This document shows, piece after piece, positions 19,639 through 29,717 of a stretch of DNA of 64,000 nt. The DNA is from Candidatus Dojkabacteria bacterium. GTDB taxonomy: Bacteria; Patescibacteriota; Dojkabacteria; SC72. Within the stretch, counting starts at the first letter, position 1. The number at the start of each line of letters is the position of its first letter. The translations under genes and the position numbers were made by a program. The notes beneath the pieces are model-generated. The model had not been told where the DNA came from. It saw only the letters and a program-made list of their open reading frames with translations, and did not search any database. The stretch covers positions 300,458 through 364,457 of the forward strand of contig JBMNHB010000001.1 of the NCBI GenBank assembly GCA_050950145.1, given 5' to 3'.

Positions 19639-20433
19639 ATAGAAAAGAAAAAGTATTGCTATTCCCAAAACTATCCTATACACACCAAATATAGTTAGCC
19701 ATTGACTTTTCTTTACCATCTTAAGAGAGAGTAGTGTAATAACTCCAAACAGAAGTGTTGATATAATAATTATCAGCATATTAAACAAAACAGGTTCTCC
19801 AACAATCTGTGTAAAACTAGCAACCGTATGATTTTTAATAACTAATAGAACAAAAGTACCTAGCAATACGGGTATGCTTAAGAAGAATGAGAATTTCAAA
19901 GCTACATATTTTTTCATACCCATTAGAATACCTACTATTGTTGTAATACCAGATCTAGATGTTCCAGGTATTAAAGCTAATATTTGTGAACTTCCGACAA
20001 CGAATGCCTGTTTCCATGATAGATCTTCTACTTTTCTCAGCTTCTCTTCTTCATCTTTTGTAAACTTTTTTTCAACTAAAATCATCACAATTCCCCAAAC
20101 AATCAAAGATAGTGCAATTATCCACTCTGCTCTTAATTTTTCTGAAATAAACTTATCAAAGAAAATCCCAGCTATTCCCACAGGGATTGAAGCAACAATA
20201 ATTTTTAAGAAAAATTTAAGTTTTGATTTTGTAAAAAAATCTTTAAAAATCTTACTCCAGAAGAACAGTATAATGGCGAGTGTTGTTCCGAGGTGGAAAG
20301 TGATAAGTAATGATGAGGAGAAATTTAAATTCATTAATTTCCCCAAAAGTAATATATGTGCAGAACTAGATACTGGAAGTAGTTCTGTAATCCCTTGTAT
20401 TATACCAATAATTAAATATTTTAATATTTCCAT
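19633..20433 (-). CDS. uppP: Undecaprenyl-diphosphate phosphatase
   Basis: QGITELLPVSSSAH, PGTSRSG, FSF.LSIP, FGVYR. Confidence 0.95.
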   Translation of the reverse strand: MEILKYLIIGIIQGITELLPVSSSAHILLLGKLMNLNFSSSLLITFHLGTTLAIILFFWSKIFKDFFTKSKLKFFLKIIVASIPVGIAGIFFDKFISEKLRAEWIIALSLIVWGIVMILVEKKFTKDEEEKLRKVEDLSWKQAFVVGSSQILALIPGTSRSGITTIVGILMGMKKYVALKFSFFLSIPVLLGTFVLLVIKNHTVASFTQIVGEPVLFNMLIIIISTLLFGVITLLSLKMVKKSQWLTIFGVYRIVLGIAILFLFYL

Positions 20434-20457
20434 CCATTTATGATAATATTAAGCAAG

Positions 20458-21168
20458 ATGAGAGTCAAAAAATTTTTAACAATTATTTTTAGTTTTCTGT
20501 TTTTCTTTTTCTTTTCAAGTTCGGCTATTCTTGCAGCTGAACCGTCATTTTCTTTTTTCCCAGCTGGGGGGATAATTATAGATAAATCTAAAGGTTTTTC
20601 TGTTGATGTGTTAATAGATACAGCAGGACAGGAAGTTATGTCTGCAAAGTTTGTTGTTCTTTTTGATCCAACAGTTTTAAGATTAACTAAAGCTGAGAGA
20701 AATAGTACACTCTTTAGTCAGTGGCCAGAGGAGGAATCATCAATAGATAATGATAACGGAGTTGTTATGCTAGGAGGTTTTACACAGAGTGGTACAGGTT
20801 CTCCATATAAAACTTCAGGCAATCCTGACATTATAGCTAGACTTACATTTGAGATTCTTAAGGAGAAAGAGACATATTTAGATTGGGAGTATGATACAAA
20901 TAATGGTGTTTTTGATACCAATATTATGCAAGAGGGTAGTCCTCCTATGAATATTTTGACTAAGAAACCTTCTGCTGTAACATTCCAAATTGGTGGTAGT
21001 GCAGTTCTTAAGCCAGATGTTGCCACAGGTATCTTTGATTCCAAATATCTGATTATAGTCGGTGCTGTTCTTCTACTCTTTGGTGGTTTTATGATATTTA
21101 CTAGACCTAATTTCTACAGGCGAGGTAGAGGTACAGTCGTAGTTATTGGAGATAATGAAAACAGATAA
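20458..21168 (+). CDS. Cohesin-like beta-sandwich surface protein with C-terminal TM anchor
   Basis: Signal peptide, FSVDVLIDT..FDPTVL, IARLTF; C-terminal VATG + TM + basic tail. Confidence 0.6.
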   Translation: MRVKKFLTIIFSFLFFFFFSSSAILAAEPSFSFFPAGGIIIDKSKGFSVDVLIDTAGQEVMSAKFVVLFDPTVLRLTKAERNSTLFSQWPEEESSIDNDNGVVMLGGFTQSGTGSPYKTSGNPDIIARLTFEILKEKETYLDWEYDTNNGVFDTNIMQEGSPPMNILTKKPSAVTFQIGGSAVLKPDVATGIFDSKYLIIVGAVLLLFGGFMIFTRPNFYRRGRGTVVVIGDNENR

Positions 21169-22279
21169 TCTAAAAGTAGCTATTGTTACAGATTCCCTTT
21201 TTAGAATGGCTGGTGGCTCTAAGGTTTTGGAGTGTTTTGCAGAACTCTTCCCAGATGCAGATATATATACTCTCTTTACACTTCCTAAAAAACAGATGGA
21301 GAAGAGTCTTTCTCCTAGTATTCTTTCTCACAAGATATATAGTTCAGGGTTAAACAAGTTTCCTTTTGTACATAAATATTACAGATATACCCTTGCTAAT
21401 TGGCCTTTTACAATAGAGAAGTTTGATTTTTCAGATTATGACTTAGTAATATCTTCTTCTTGGGCAGTAGCACACGGAGTTATAACTCCACTTGATACAG
21501 TACATGTTGCATATGTTCACACACCTATGAGATATATTTGGGATATGTGTGATTTGTATTTTAAAAATAGATTTCCCGAGCCTGCCTATAGAATAGCATC
21601 ACATTTTCTTCGGATCTGGGATACAAGTGCAAGTAGTAGGGCAGATTTTATGATCTCTAATTCTAGATTTGTAGCAAAGAGAATTCAGAAGTATTGGGAT
21701 AGGAATGTAGATGCTGTTATCTATCCACCAGTAAATATGTATAAAGGGGAATTGATAGAAGATAGGGAAGAGTATTTTGTATCAGGTGCCCCATTTGAAC
21801 CTAACAAGGGAGGGGAATTTCTTCTTGAGTGTGCTAAGTGGATAGGGTTTAATTTGAAAGTTATTGGGACAGGTGATTTAAAGAAGAAGTTTGAAAGGAA
21901 GTATAAAGATTGTAAGAATATTGAATTTTTAGGGTGGGTTTCGGAAGAAGAAAAATACGAAATTTTCTCTAAAGCAAAAGGATATATTATGACAGGAATA
22001 GAAGAATTTGGAATATTTCCAGTAGAGGCTATGAGTTGTGGGACACCTGTGTTAGCATATGGTAGTGGAGGAGCATTAGAAACTGTGAAGGAAGGTTTAA
22101 GTGGTATGTTTTTTTATGAGAGAACAACAGAGGGTTTTAAGAAGATATTTGATAAATTCTTAAAATACAGTTGGAATTATGATGAGATAGTTAGAAGTGC
22201 AAGACAGATGAGTGATAAAGAGGGTTTTAAAGAAGAATTTAGAAAGTTCTTAGTTGATAATGGTATTTTAATTAAATAA
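21155..22279 (+). CDS. Glycosyltransferase family 4 (GT-B)
   Basis: HTPMRYIWD, EEFGIFPVEAMSCGTPV. Confidence 0.92.
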   Translation: MKTDNLKVAIVTDSLFRMAGGSKVLECFAELFPDADIYTLFTLPKKQMEKSLSPSILSHKIYSSGLNKFPFVHKYYRYTLANWPFTIEKFDFSDYDLVISSSWAVAHGVITPLDTVHVAYVHTPMRYIWDMCDLYFKNRFPEPAYRIASHFLRIWDTSASSRADFMISNSRFVAKRIQKYWDRNVDAVIYPPVNMYKGELIEDREEYFVSGAPFEPNKGGEFLLECAKWIGFNLKVIGTGDLKKKFERKYKDCKNIEFLGWVSEEEKYEIFSKAKGYIMTGIEEFGIFPVEAMSCGTPVLAYGSGGALETVKEGLSGMFFYERTTEGFKKIFDKFLKYSWNYDEIVRSARQMSDKEGFKEEFRKFLVDNGILIK

Positions 22280-22297
22280 TTTTATTTTTATATATCT

Positions 22298-22492
22298 ATG
22301 GAGAAAAAAGATAAAGGAAAGATTGGTAAACAACCAATTCCAGTAAATATTAGTGTTTTCTTTATATTAGGTCTTACTTTTTCTCTTCTTTCAATAATGC
22401 CTGATGGAGGGACATATTTGCCAATAGGTTTGGCTTTTTTAGCAATAGGGATAGCAGATCTCTTTGAGCTTAGGAGAAAACAGAAAGAATAA
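22298..22492 (+). CDS. Small two-TM membrane protein
   Basis: 64-aa ORF with two hydrophobic segments, co-oriented with its neighbours. Confidence 0.6.
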   Translation: MEKKDKGKIGKQPIPVNISVFFILGLTFSLLSIMPDGGTYLPIGLAFLAIGIADLFELRRKQKE

Positions 22493-22536
22493 TTATTGAT
22501 AATAATATTGATATTTGATATTATTTCATACCATAT

Positions 22537-22612
22537 GCCGAGATAGCTCAGTTGGTAGAGCACCTGTCTGAAGAACAGGGTGTCCCCAGTTCAAGTCTGG
22601 GTCTCGGCACCA
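22537..22612 (+). tRNA. tRNA-Phe(GAA)
   Basis: GCCGAGATAGCTCAGTTGGTAGAGC, anticodon arm CCTGT-CTGAAGA-ACAGG, ends CACCA. Confidence 0.97.
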
Positions 22613-22613
22613 T

Positions 22614-22690
22614 GCGGGAGTAGTTCAGTTGGCTAGAACGACACATTGCCAATGTGTAGGTCGCGGGTTCGACCCCCGTCTCCCGCTCCA
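22614..22690 (+). tRNA. tRNA-Gly(GCC)
   Basis: Anticodon arm ACACA-TTGCCAA-TGTGT, GGTTCGA T-arm, ends TCCA. Confidence 0.97.
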
Positions 22691-22696
22691 AATAGT

Positions 22697-23656
22697 TTAA
22701 TATCTATCCCACCCCTCTGCCATGAAAGAAACGGCAACATTATTTGTATTACTACTACATTGTACAGATATGAAGTCCCAACCATCTATCGTATTTATTC
22801 GGAAATGAGTATAGTAAGTTTGTTTTTTAATCCAATTAGGGTTATCTGCATATTTTTCCAGTTGGACATATTTTAATGCTTCTTTGACAGTATCTTCGTT
22901 TATGGAGTTAGGAGTGCAGGACATTTTCTTTATAAATACATGTGCTCCGAATAATCTTTGGTCATTTTTGGTGAAGAATGCTTCAAGGTCATAACTGTCA
23001 TTAGAGTATGAGAACATAGAAGAAACTGGAGGATCTTTGTAGTCAACTATCGCCTTGCCGTAAATGTTCTGAATAGAAGATATACTTTTCTTTTTAAAAT
23101 CTTCAGCGTTTAGATATGGTTGAAAAGTTTGTGTCTTTACTTGTGGTTTTGCTTCTGTCTTACTTATCTTCTCTTGTTCTGTTGGAGAGTTATTAATGTT
23201 TTTAGTAGATGCGTTATCCTTCATAACATTAGACACGAAAATTCCCACTCCAATGATATGCAATATTATTGATACTATTAAAGCATATCGCAATCGTACC
23301 TTTAATTTTTTGGTATACCAACTTCTAAATGGTGGGAAAGTAACGAGAGCTGATAGAAGAAGAATAATGCCCGAGAAGAAGATTTTTATATTTGTCATTA
23401 ATCCCCCAAGAATAATAATGGATGAAAATAGAAAACCAATGATACATAATATCCAAAAGAGTATTGTAATTGCGAGGCTCTGAGTTTTGTAAGTAGTTTC
23501 CTCTTCTTGTGGTTTTAATATTAAATCTCTTTGTTTTCTTTCTCTATCTTTCTCAAGTTTTTTCTTCTCTTGTAGAAATTCCTCTTTTGTAATAATACCT
23601 TCACTCATTAATTCTTTAAGTTTCTTTGTTTCTTCATTGTAAAAATCTTTATTCAT
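22697..23656 (-). CDS. SHOCT-domain multi-TM membrane protein
   Basis: LKELMSEGIITKEEFLQEKKKL (SHOCT), three TMs, soluble C-terminal domain. Confidence 0.65.
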   Translation of the reverse strand: MNKDFYNEETKKLKELMSEGIITKEEFLQEKKKLEKDRERKQRDLILKPQEEETTYKTQSLAITILFWILCIIGFLFSSIIILGGLMTNIKIFFSGIILLLSALVTFPPFRSWYTKKLKVRLRYALIVSIILHIIGVGIFVSNVMKDNASTKNINNSPTEQEKISKTEAKPQVKTQTFQPYLNAEDFKKKSISSIQNIYGKAIVDYKDPPVSSMFSYSNDSYDLEAFFTKNDQRLFGAHVFIKKMSCTPNSINEDTVKEALKYVQLEKYADNPNWIKKQTYYTHFRINTIDGWDFISVQCSSNTNNVAVSFMAEGWDRY

Positions 23657-23767
23657 TATGTAATTTAAAATAACATATTAAATAGTTAATTATACATAAA
23701 ACCATTGTATTGTATAAAAGATAGATAGTCCATATAATTAAATAGTTAATTTAACATTAATAGATAA

Positions 23768-24487
23768 ATGGATTCAAAAGCAGACAAACTTAAAGCACTT
23801 TCCTTACTTAAAAAGGAGGGGAAAATAACAGAAAAAGAGTTTGAGTCAAAAAAGAAAGTTATTTTAAATGGTACTCTATTTAGTAAGATAGGTGATAAGT
23901 ATAACGATATTAAAGATACATACGAAAAGAAGAAAATAGAAAAAAAGAGGATAGAGGAAGAGGCTGCAGAAAAAGAAAGGGAAAGAGTGGATAAAATTTT
24001 AAGTGGTGATATTGAACCAATAGCTGTTTCTTATAACCTAAAGTCGGGTGAAAAATGTTATTACGAGACATCTGCGAAAAGGATGGCAGTAATTCCGAAA
24101 ATGATAGAAACAACAAGTATTAGAACCAAGAAAAAAGGTGTTCTAGGAAGGGCAGTTGTAGGTGGTGTTCTGTTAGGGCCTCTAGGAGCATTGGGAGGTG
24201 CAATGACAGCAGGGAGTAAATCTAGTTCAAATGTTTCCCAAATGACCATTGATAGACTTGAGGAAGTAGATGCTGGTTCAATATTATTAACAAATAAAAG
24301 AGTTATTTTTATTGGTAATGAAATGTTTTCTATCTTAAGAGATGATGTGTTTAATGTCATATCCGAAGGGAATGATAAAGTAGTCATTAAGTATGAAGGT
24401 ATGGGGAAAAATGAGCATTATTTATTGCCTAACAAGGATGCAAGGGAAATAGATTTGTTTTATAGAGGTATTGCAAACTGTAAATAA
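23768..24487 (+). CDS. SHOCT-domain protein with glycine-zipper and PH-like C-terminal domain
   Basis: LKKEGKITEKEFESKKK; GRAVVGGVLLGPLGALGG; G.ILLTNKRVIF. Confidence 0.65.
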   Translation: MDSKADKLKALSLLKKEGKITEKEFESKKKVILNGTLFSKIGDKYNDIKDTYEKKKIEKKRIEEEAAEKERERVDKILSGDIEPIAVSYNLKSGEKCYYETSAKRMAVIPKMIETTSIRTKKKGVLGRAVVGGVLLGPLGALGGAMTAGSKSSSNVSQMTIDRLEEVDAGSILLTNKRVIFIGNEMFSILRDDVFNVISEGNDKVVIKYEGMGKNEHYLLPNKDAREIDLFYRGIANCK

Positions 24488-24531
24488 AAAATCTCTCCTT
24501 TGCAAGGACAAGTTTTATTTATACTTCCAAA

Positions 24532-24660
24532 TTATGATTTTTGAATATCTTTACTGATTGTCTTTGCAAAATCCTCGTACCTATTTGTATATTAGGTGAT
24601 TAGTACCTTCAATAATATGGATTTTAGCATTAGAGATGTTGTTTTTTAAATAATGTATAG
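24532..24660 (-). pseudogene. Relic of an alpha/beta-hydrolase C-terminus
   Basis: Minus strand reads YLKNNISNAKIHIIEGTNHL, then in another frame YTNRYEDFAKTISKDIQKS*. Upstream stops and no start codon. Confidence 0.4.
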
Positions 24661-24765
24661 TTTATCATAGATAACTTACATAACATATAAAATCCTCTTT
24701 CATTTACAAAACAATCTAATATGTGTATATTGAATAGTCATACTTAATATTAGGATTATTCAAAT

Positions 24766-25521
24766 ATGGAAGGAACAAACTCTATACCAAGGAATATTAT
24801 AGTAGAAACACAATCAGGGTTGAATTCCCAAGGACAAAAAGAAACAAAGAGTAAAACTATTAGCACTTTTTGGAAAAAGAATAAAATAGTTATATTGATT
24901 ATATTTTTAGCATTATTCATAGGCTTTCTTTTTGTAATGTTTGGTTACTATCTTGGTAAAAATTCAATGTTAGATAAAATAATCCCTCAATCTATTAGAA
25001 GTGCACTCTTTAAAGGAGGAGTAGATGGAATGGAGCCATACTTAGAAATGATAGAAGGGAGAGAGGAGGTTAAAAGGGAACCAACAGTATGTGATAAAGA
25101 AAGTAAGAAAATATTATCAGTAGTAGATAAGTTTGAAAAACTTCAAAAAGAAAGAAAATCATCTGAGATATTTGATCTCTTTACTGATGCTAAAACTAAT
25201 GAGGAGAAAGAGGAGTATAATAAATTGAAAGATAAGGATGGATTATACATTGGTGCATCTTTGAATTACAAAACAGAGTCATATAGAGTAACAAGTGGAC
25301 CAGTAGAGATAGATGGAAAATGTATTGTAAATGTTGAAGAAAGGAGAAGTTATTCAGATGGCGATAATAGTGAGAAATATCAAGAACCTTTAGGTAGAAG
25401 TTTTGTGTTAGAGTTTAAAAAAGTTAGTGGTAAAAAATGGGTTATCAATCAGTATCAGAGTTTTGAAGCAAATGTTAAGAAAACAAAATACTCGGGTTTT
25501 ACAATGGAAGTTATGAAGTAA
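24766..25521 (+). CDS. Hypothetical single-TM membrane protein
   Basis: 251-aa ORF with one TM and a possible NTF2-like extracellular domain. Confidence 0.7.
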   Translation: MEGTNSIPRNIIVETQSGLNSQGQKETKSKTISTFWKKNKIVILIIFLALFIGFLFVMFGYYLGKNSMLDKIIPQSIRSALFKGGVDGMEPYLEMIEGREEVKREPTVCDKESKKILSVVDKFEKLQKERKSSEIFDLFTDAKTNEEKEEYNKLKDKDGLYIGASLNYKTESYRVTSGPVEIDGKCIVNVEERRSYSDGDNSEKYQEPLGRSFVLEFKKVSGKKWVINQYQSFEANVKKTKYSGFTMEVMK

Positions 25522-26139
25522 TTATTTAGATATCTCTTTTCTAAATAATTGTAATAGTTTCTCCTTGTTCTTGTATACGAGGTATCCAATAATAGAGAGG
25601 GTTAATATTGTTAGACCTCCATTAATCATATCCATTATTCTCTTAATTTGCTCCCAATTAAAACCAATCTCAGCGCCTAAATATGCAAAACCTAATGCAT
25701 AAATAAATGTGCCAACAAATACTGCGACACAAGCTGCAGGAATATTATATTTTAGATATCCTGCAACAAGAAGAACAGCTACTCTTAATCCTGGTGTAAA
25801 CCTTGTTAAAACAATATATAGAAACCCATGTTTTTTAATATATCTATTACTCTTATTAAAAGCATCCTCACTTATATTCATCCACTTTCCTTTCCCATTA
25901 AGAAATCCAAGAACATCTTTATCTTTAAAGTAGTACCCTATTGCATATGTCCATAGAGCTCCGACCACTTCACCTAATGATGCGACTATAGCTATCTGAA
26001 TAATTTGATCAGGTCTAGTTGCTGCAACCATTGTTATGACAAGTTCTGCTGGTAAGACTCCTACGGCAGAGATAAAAACACCGAGATATCCTAGTCTTCC
26101 CATCCAAAATGTAAGTTTTATTAGTATGTCTGAGATCAC
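25522..26139 (-). CDS. DedA family membrane protein
   Basis: GYLGVF, LPAELV, TRFTPGLR. Confidence 0.85.
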   Translation of the reverse strand: MISDILIKLTFWMGRLGYLGVFISAVGVLPAELVITMVAATRPDQIIQIAIVASLGEVVGALWTYAIGYYFKDKDVLGFLNGKGKWMNISEDAFNKSNRYIKKHGFLYIVLTRFTPGLRVAVLLVAGYLKYNIPAACVAVFVGTFIYALGFAYLGAEIGFNWEQIKRIMDMINGGLTILTLSIIGYLVYKNKEKLLQLFRKEISK

Positions 26140-26201
26140 AATTTACATCATACCATAACTTATACTTTTAAATATGATAATATGGTAACATTTTACAATC
26201 A

Positions 26202-27038
26202 ATGGAAGAAATTATTAAAAGAAAAGCTAATATAAAGGGGACTACAAAGAGTTGGTTCAAAGAAAGATTGGTTAGATTTAAACCTGTTGTTTTTATAAAA
26301 AAGAATCTTCCTATATTTATCTTTATTATTCTTTTTTTTCTCTCTTTATTATTTCGTATCTGGAATATTAAAAAGTATGAGATTTATGATATATCTGGAA
26401 CTCCAGCTGATGAAAATGTAACTAAACTTGTTAGTGATTATTTAGATAAAAATGTTATTGGTAAAAATTTTTTTCTTATCAATTCTGTTAGCTTATCAGA
26501 TGAATTGGTTAAAAATATCTCTTATATAAACTACATAAATATATCTAAACTTGTTCCTAATAAACTAGTTATTATGCTAGACCTTTACTCTCCGAAATTT
26601 GTTACACTAATTGGTACAGAAAAATGTTCTCTTCTCTCTTTAGAGGGTATTGTTCTTGAAGAGCTTTGTTTGGAGTCAGAAGATATTAAGAATTGTTGTA
26701 CCGAATATGTAAAAGATACACCATATTCCTTTTTTAAGTCAGAAGAGATAGATATTTCAGATATTGCTAATGGAAAAAGATCTTTATTAGTAATAGAGAC
26801 TGTTTCAAAAATGATAAAGATGGTTGAATCATTTGGAGTTAGTGTAAAAGAGATATATTTAGACCAGAATGTTATAGATATTATTGATGAAGAAGGTAGG
26901 GTTAATAGGTTTTCATTGTCCGATGATCTTAATGTTCAACTTGCTAGATATTTTGTAGTGATGAGGAAAATTAGACAAGATGAGATGAAATACAGTATTA
27001 TTGATATTAGATTTGAAAGGCCTGTTGTAAAAAATTAA
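26202..27038 (+). CDS. ftsQ: FtsQ/DivIB-like cell division protein
   Basis: TM, POTRA-like region (KLVPNKLVI), C-terminal IDIRFERPVV. Immediately upstream of ftsA. Confidence 0.7.
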   Translation: MEEIIKRKANIKGTTKSWFKERLVRFKPVVFIKKNLPIFIFIILFFLSLLFRIWNIKKYEIYDISGTPADENVTKLVSDYLDKNVIGKNFFLINSVSLSDELVKNISYINYINISKLVPNKLVIMLDLYSPKFVTLIGTEKCSLLSLEGIVLEELCLESEDIKNCCTEYVKDTPYSFFKSEEIDISDIANGKRSLLVIETVSKMIKMVESFGVSVKEIYLDQNVIDIIDEEGRVNRFSLSDDLNVQLARYFVVMRKIRQDEMKYSIIDIRFERPVVKN

Positions 27039-27143
27039 GAAGGTCTTGATAATCTATACAATTTTGATTATATTAATATACTGATGTTATAAATCAACAT
27101 CTTTTGTATAATAAATTAAGTAAAATAACTGTCTTAAACACTT

Positions 27144-28442
27144 ATGGCACGAAGAATAATTACAGCAATTGATGTTGGTGGTTTTAAAATTACAACATTG
27201 ATAACTTCAGTTGAAGATGGAAAGAATCCAACGGTAATAGGTGTCTGTGCATATCCAAGTAAAGGTATTAAAAAGGGTGTTGTTGTTAATATTGATGATG
27301 CTACTAGTGCAATATTAGAAAGTGTAACAGCTGCAGAGAGAATGGCTGGAGTTACTGTTTCTGATGCCTTTATTTCAATTAACGGTGAGCAGGTAACGAG
27401 TTTGAATAATAAGGGTGTTGTAGCTGTTGCAGGAAGTGAGATTACAATTGATGATACTTACAGAGCTATTGAGAATGCGAGGACACTTTCTTTACCTGAT
27501 AATCTAAATCCAATCCACATTATACCAAGAGAATTTGTAGTTGATAGTCAGGGAGGAATTAAATATCCAATTGGTATGAGTGGTGGAAGACTTGAAGTTG
27601 AGACCCACATTATTACAGCACCAAACTCTTACTGGCAAAATATTAAAAAATGTGTAGAACAGGTTGGTGCAAATGTCTATGATGTAATTTTTACAGCATG
27701 GGCATCTTCATTAGCAGTTTTAACTGATACTGAAAAAGAATTAGGAGTAACACTTCTGGATATTGGTGCAGGAACAACAGGTATTACAATATTTCAAGAG
27801 GGTTCAATAATATATAGTGGTTGTGTTCCATTGGGTGGAAGTAGCATTACGAGCGATATTGCAATAGGTTTACAGGTTTCATTAGAAGAGGCAGAAAAGA
27901 TTAAAGTAAACATGAATACTCTTTTTGATGTTAAGTATGATGGTAGTAAAACCAAACAAATGGCAAATATTCCAAAAATATTGCAAAAGAAAGAGACAGT
28001 AGCTCCTAAGAAGAAAAAAGAAGCAGATTTAGATCTTAATGCAATTGGAATTGATAAGGTGGTTTCTAAGGATATGTTAGAAAAGATTGTAAATGCTAGA
28101 TGTGAAGAGATATTAGAAATGGTAAGGGATAATATATCTAAAGCAGGATATGATGTTGCTATGCCAGCAGGAGTTGTCTTAACGGGAGGTAGTAGTTTAC
28201 TTAGAGATATCACTAAATTAACACAAGATGTGGTGGGTGTTGCAGCAAGAGTGGGATATCCTTCAGGATTAACAGGTATGACAGAAGAGATTTCAGATCC
28301 TTCATATGCATGTGTACAAGGATTGATAAAACATGCATTAGATGATGATGTTGAGATAAGTAGTGGAAGTGAAAAAAGCAAAGTTGATGTTAAAGGATTC
28401 TTTGGTAAAATAGGAGAATGGTTAAAGTCATTACTGCCATAA
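27144..28442 (+). CDS. ftsA: Cell division protein FtsA
   Basis: AIDVG, LDIGAGTT, GVVLTGG, C-terminal amphipathic helix. Confidence 0.96.
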   Translation: MARRIITAIDVGGFKITTLITSVEDGKNPTVIGVCAYPSKGIKKGVVVNIDDATSAILESVTAAERMAGVTVSDAFISINGEQVTSLNNKGVVAVAGSEITIDDTYRAIENARTLSLPDNLNPIHIIPREFVVDSQGGIKYPIGMSGGRLEVETHIITAPNSYWQNIKKCVEQVGANVYDVIFTAWASSLAVLTDTEKELGVTLLDIGAGTTGITIFQEGSIIYSGCVPLGGSSITSDIAIGLQVSLEEAEKIKVNMNTLFDVKYDGSKTKQMANIPKILQKKETVAPKKKKEADLDLNAIGIDKVVSKDMLEKIVNARCEEILEMVRDNISKAGYDVAMPAGVVLTGGSSLLRDITKLTQDVVGVAARVGYPSGLTGMTEEISDPSYACVQGLIKHALDDDVEISSGSEKSKVDVKGFFGKIGEWLKSLLP

Positions 28443-28467
28443 ATAATTTAAGTTTACAGAGGATAAT

Positions 28468-29688
28468 ATGTTAGTTTCTACAAGTGTTGACCCAGTAGCA
28501 AAAATTAAAGTTATTGGTGTTGGTGGTGGTGGTTGTAATGCGATTAATACTATGATTACTGATTATGATATTCAGGGTGTTGACTTTTTAGCATTTAATA
28601 CAGATGCACAATCACTTAAAAAATCTCAGGCTCCTATTACATTGCAGCTAGGTGAAGAGCTAACAAAAGGGTTAGGTGTAGGTGGTAATGCAGAACTTGG
28701 AGCAGAAGCAGCAGAAGAGAGTTTAGATCAGATACAGGAGTTAATAGATGGTGCTAATATGGTTTTTGTTACTGCAGGTATGGGTGGTGGAACAGGAACA
28801 GGTGCAGCTCCAATTGTTGCTGGAGTTGCTAGAAATATGGGAGCATTAACAGTAGCTGTTGTGACAAAGCCATTTGATTTTGAAGGTAACAAAAGGAAAG
28901 AAATAGCAGAAGAAGGAATAGCTAACTTAAGAGAAAAAGTAGATACTTTGATTGTAGTACCTAATCAGAGATTATTAGAGATAGTTAATGAAAGTGAAAA
29001 ACTATCATTCATAGATGCGATGAAAAAAGTTGACTCTGTTCTTGCTGAGGGTGTAAAGAGTATCTCTAGCTTGATTAGTGAAACAGGATATATCAATGCT
29101 GATTTCAATGATGCTAAAACTGTAATGAAAGACGCTGGTACTGCACTTATGGGTATCGGTAGGGCATCTGGAGAGAATAGGGCAGAAGATGCTGCCAGAG
29201 CAGCTACTACAAGCCCACTCTTAGATATGTCAATTGAGGGTGCTACAGGTGTACTTTACAATATCGTTGCTGCAGATCTTACTCTTGAAGAGGTAAGTCA
29301 AGTATCAGATCTAATTAAGGAAGCAGTTGATCCATCTGCAAATATTAAATTTGGAGCTCAAATTGATCCAGACGCAGGAGATGAACTTATCATCACTATA
29401 GTAGCAACAGGATTTGATGAATCAAAACAGATATATAGACAACCAAAGAATGAAGATTCTACATCCTCAATCTCTACACCTAGTAGTATAAGGACATTTG
29501 GGATGGATGATGCTACAGACTCAACTACTGAAAGTCCTACAGAAACACTAGATTCCTTTGATGATGAAAGGACAGAGGATGATGATATCTTAGAAGATAC
29601 AACATTTGATTTACCAACTACTGATAGTACACCAGAGATTCCGACAGATGATCCTCTAGATGTTCCAGCTTTTATGAGGAATAAGTAA
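28468..29688 (+). CDS. ftsZ: Cell division protein FtsZ
   Basis: GVGGGGCNA, GMGGGTGTG, INADFND, C-terminal DVPAFMR. Confidence 0.98.
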   Translation: MLVSTSVDPVAKIKVIGVGGGGCNAINTMITDYDIQGVDFLAFNTDAQSLKKSQAPITLQLGEELTKGLGVGGNAELGAEAAEESLDQIQELIDGANMVFVTAGMGGGTGTGAAPIVAGVARNMGALTVAVVTKPFDFEGNKRKEIAEEGIANLREKVDTLIVVPNQRLLEIVNESEKLSFIDAMKKVDSVLAEGVKSISSLISETGYINADFNDAKTVMKDAGTALMGIGRASGENRAEDAARAATTSPLLDMSIEGATGVLYNIVAADLTLEEVSQVSDLIKEAVDPSANIKFGAQIDPDAGDELIITIVATGFDESKQIYRQPKNEDSTSSISTPSSIRTFGMDDATDSTTESPTETLDSFDDERTEDDDILEDTTFDLPTTDSTPEIPTDDPLDVPAFMRNK

Positions 29689-29717
29689 GGGGTAGATCTC
29701 TCTGTTACAATCTATGT

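Noticed and set aside
22288-22876. ORFs 22288..22563 and 22646..22876 (also 11528..11776 and 38648..38836)
   Set aside because: They overlap tRNA genes and partly translate tRNA sequence.
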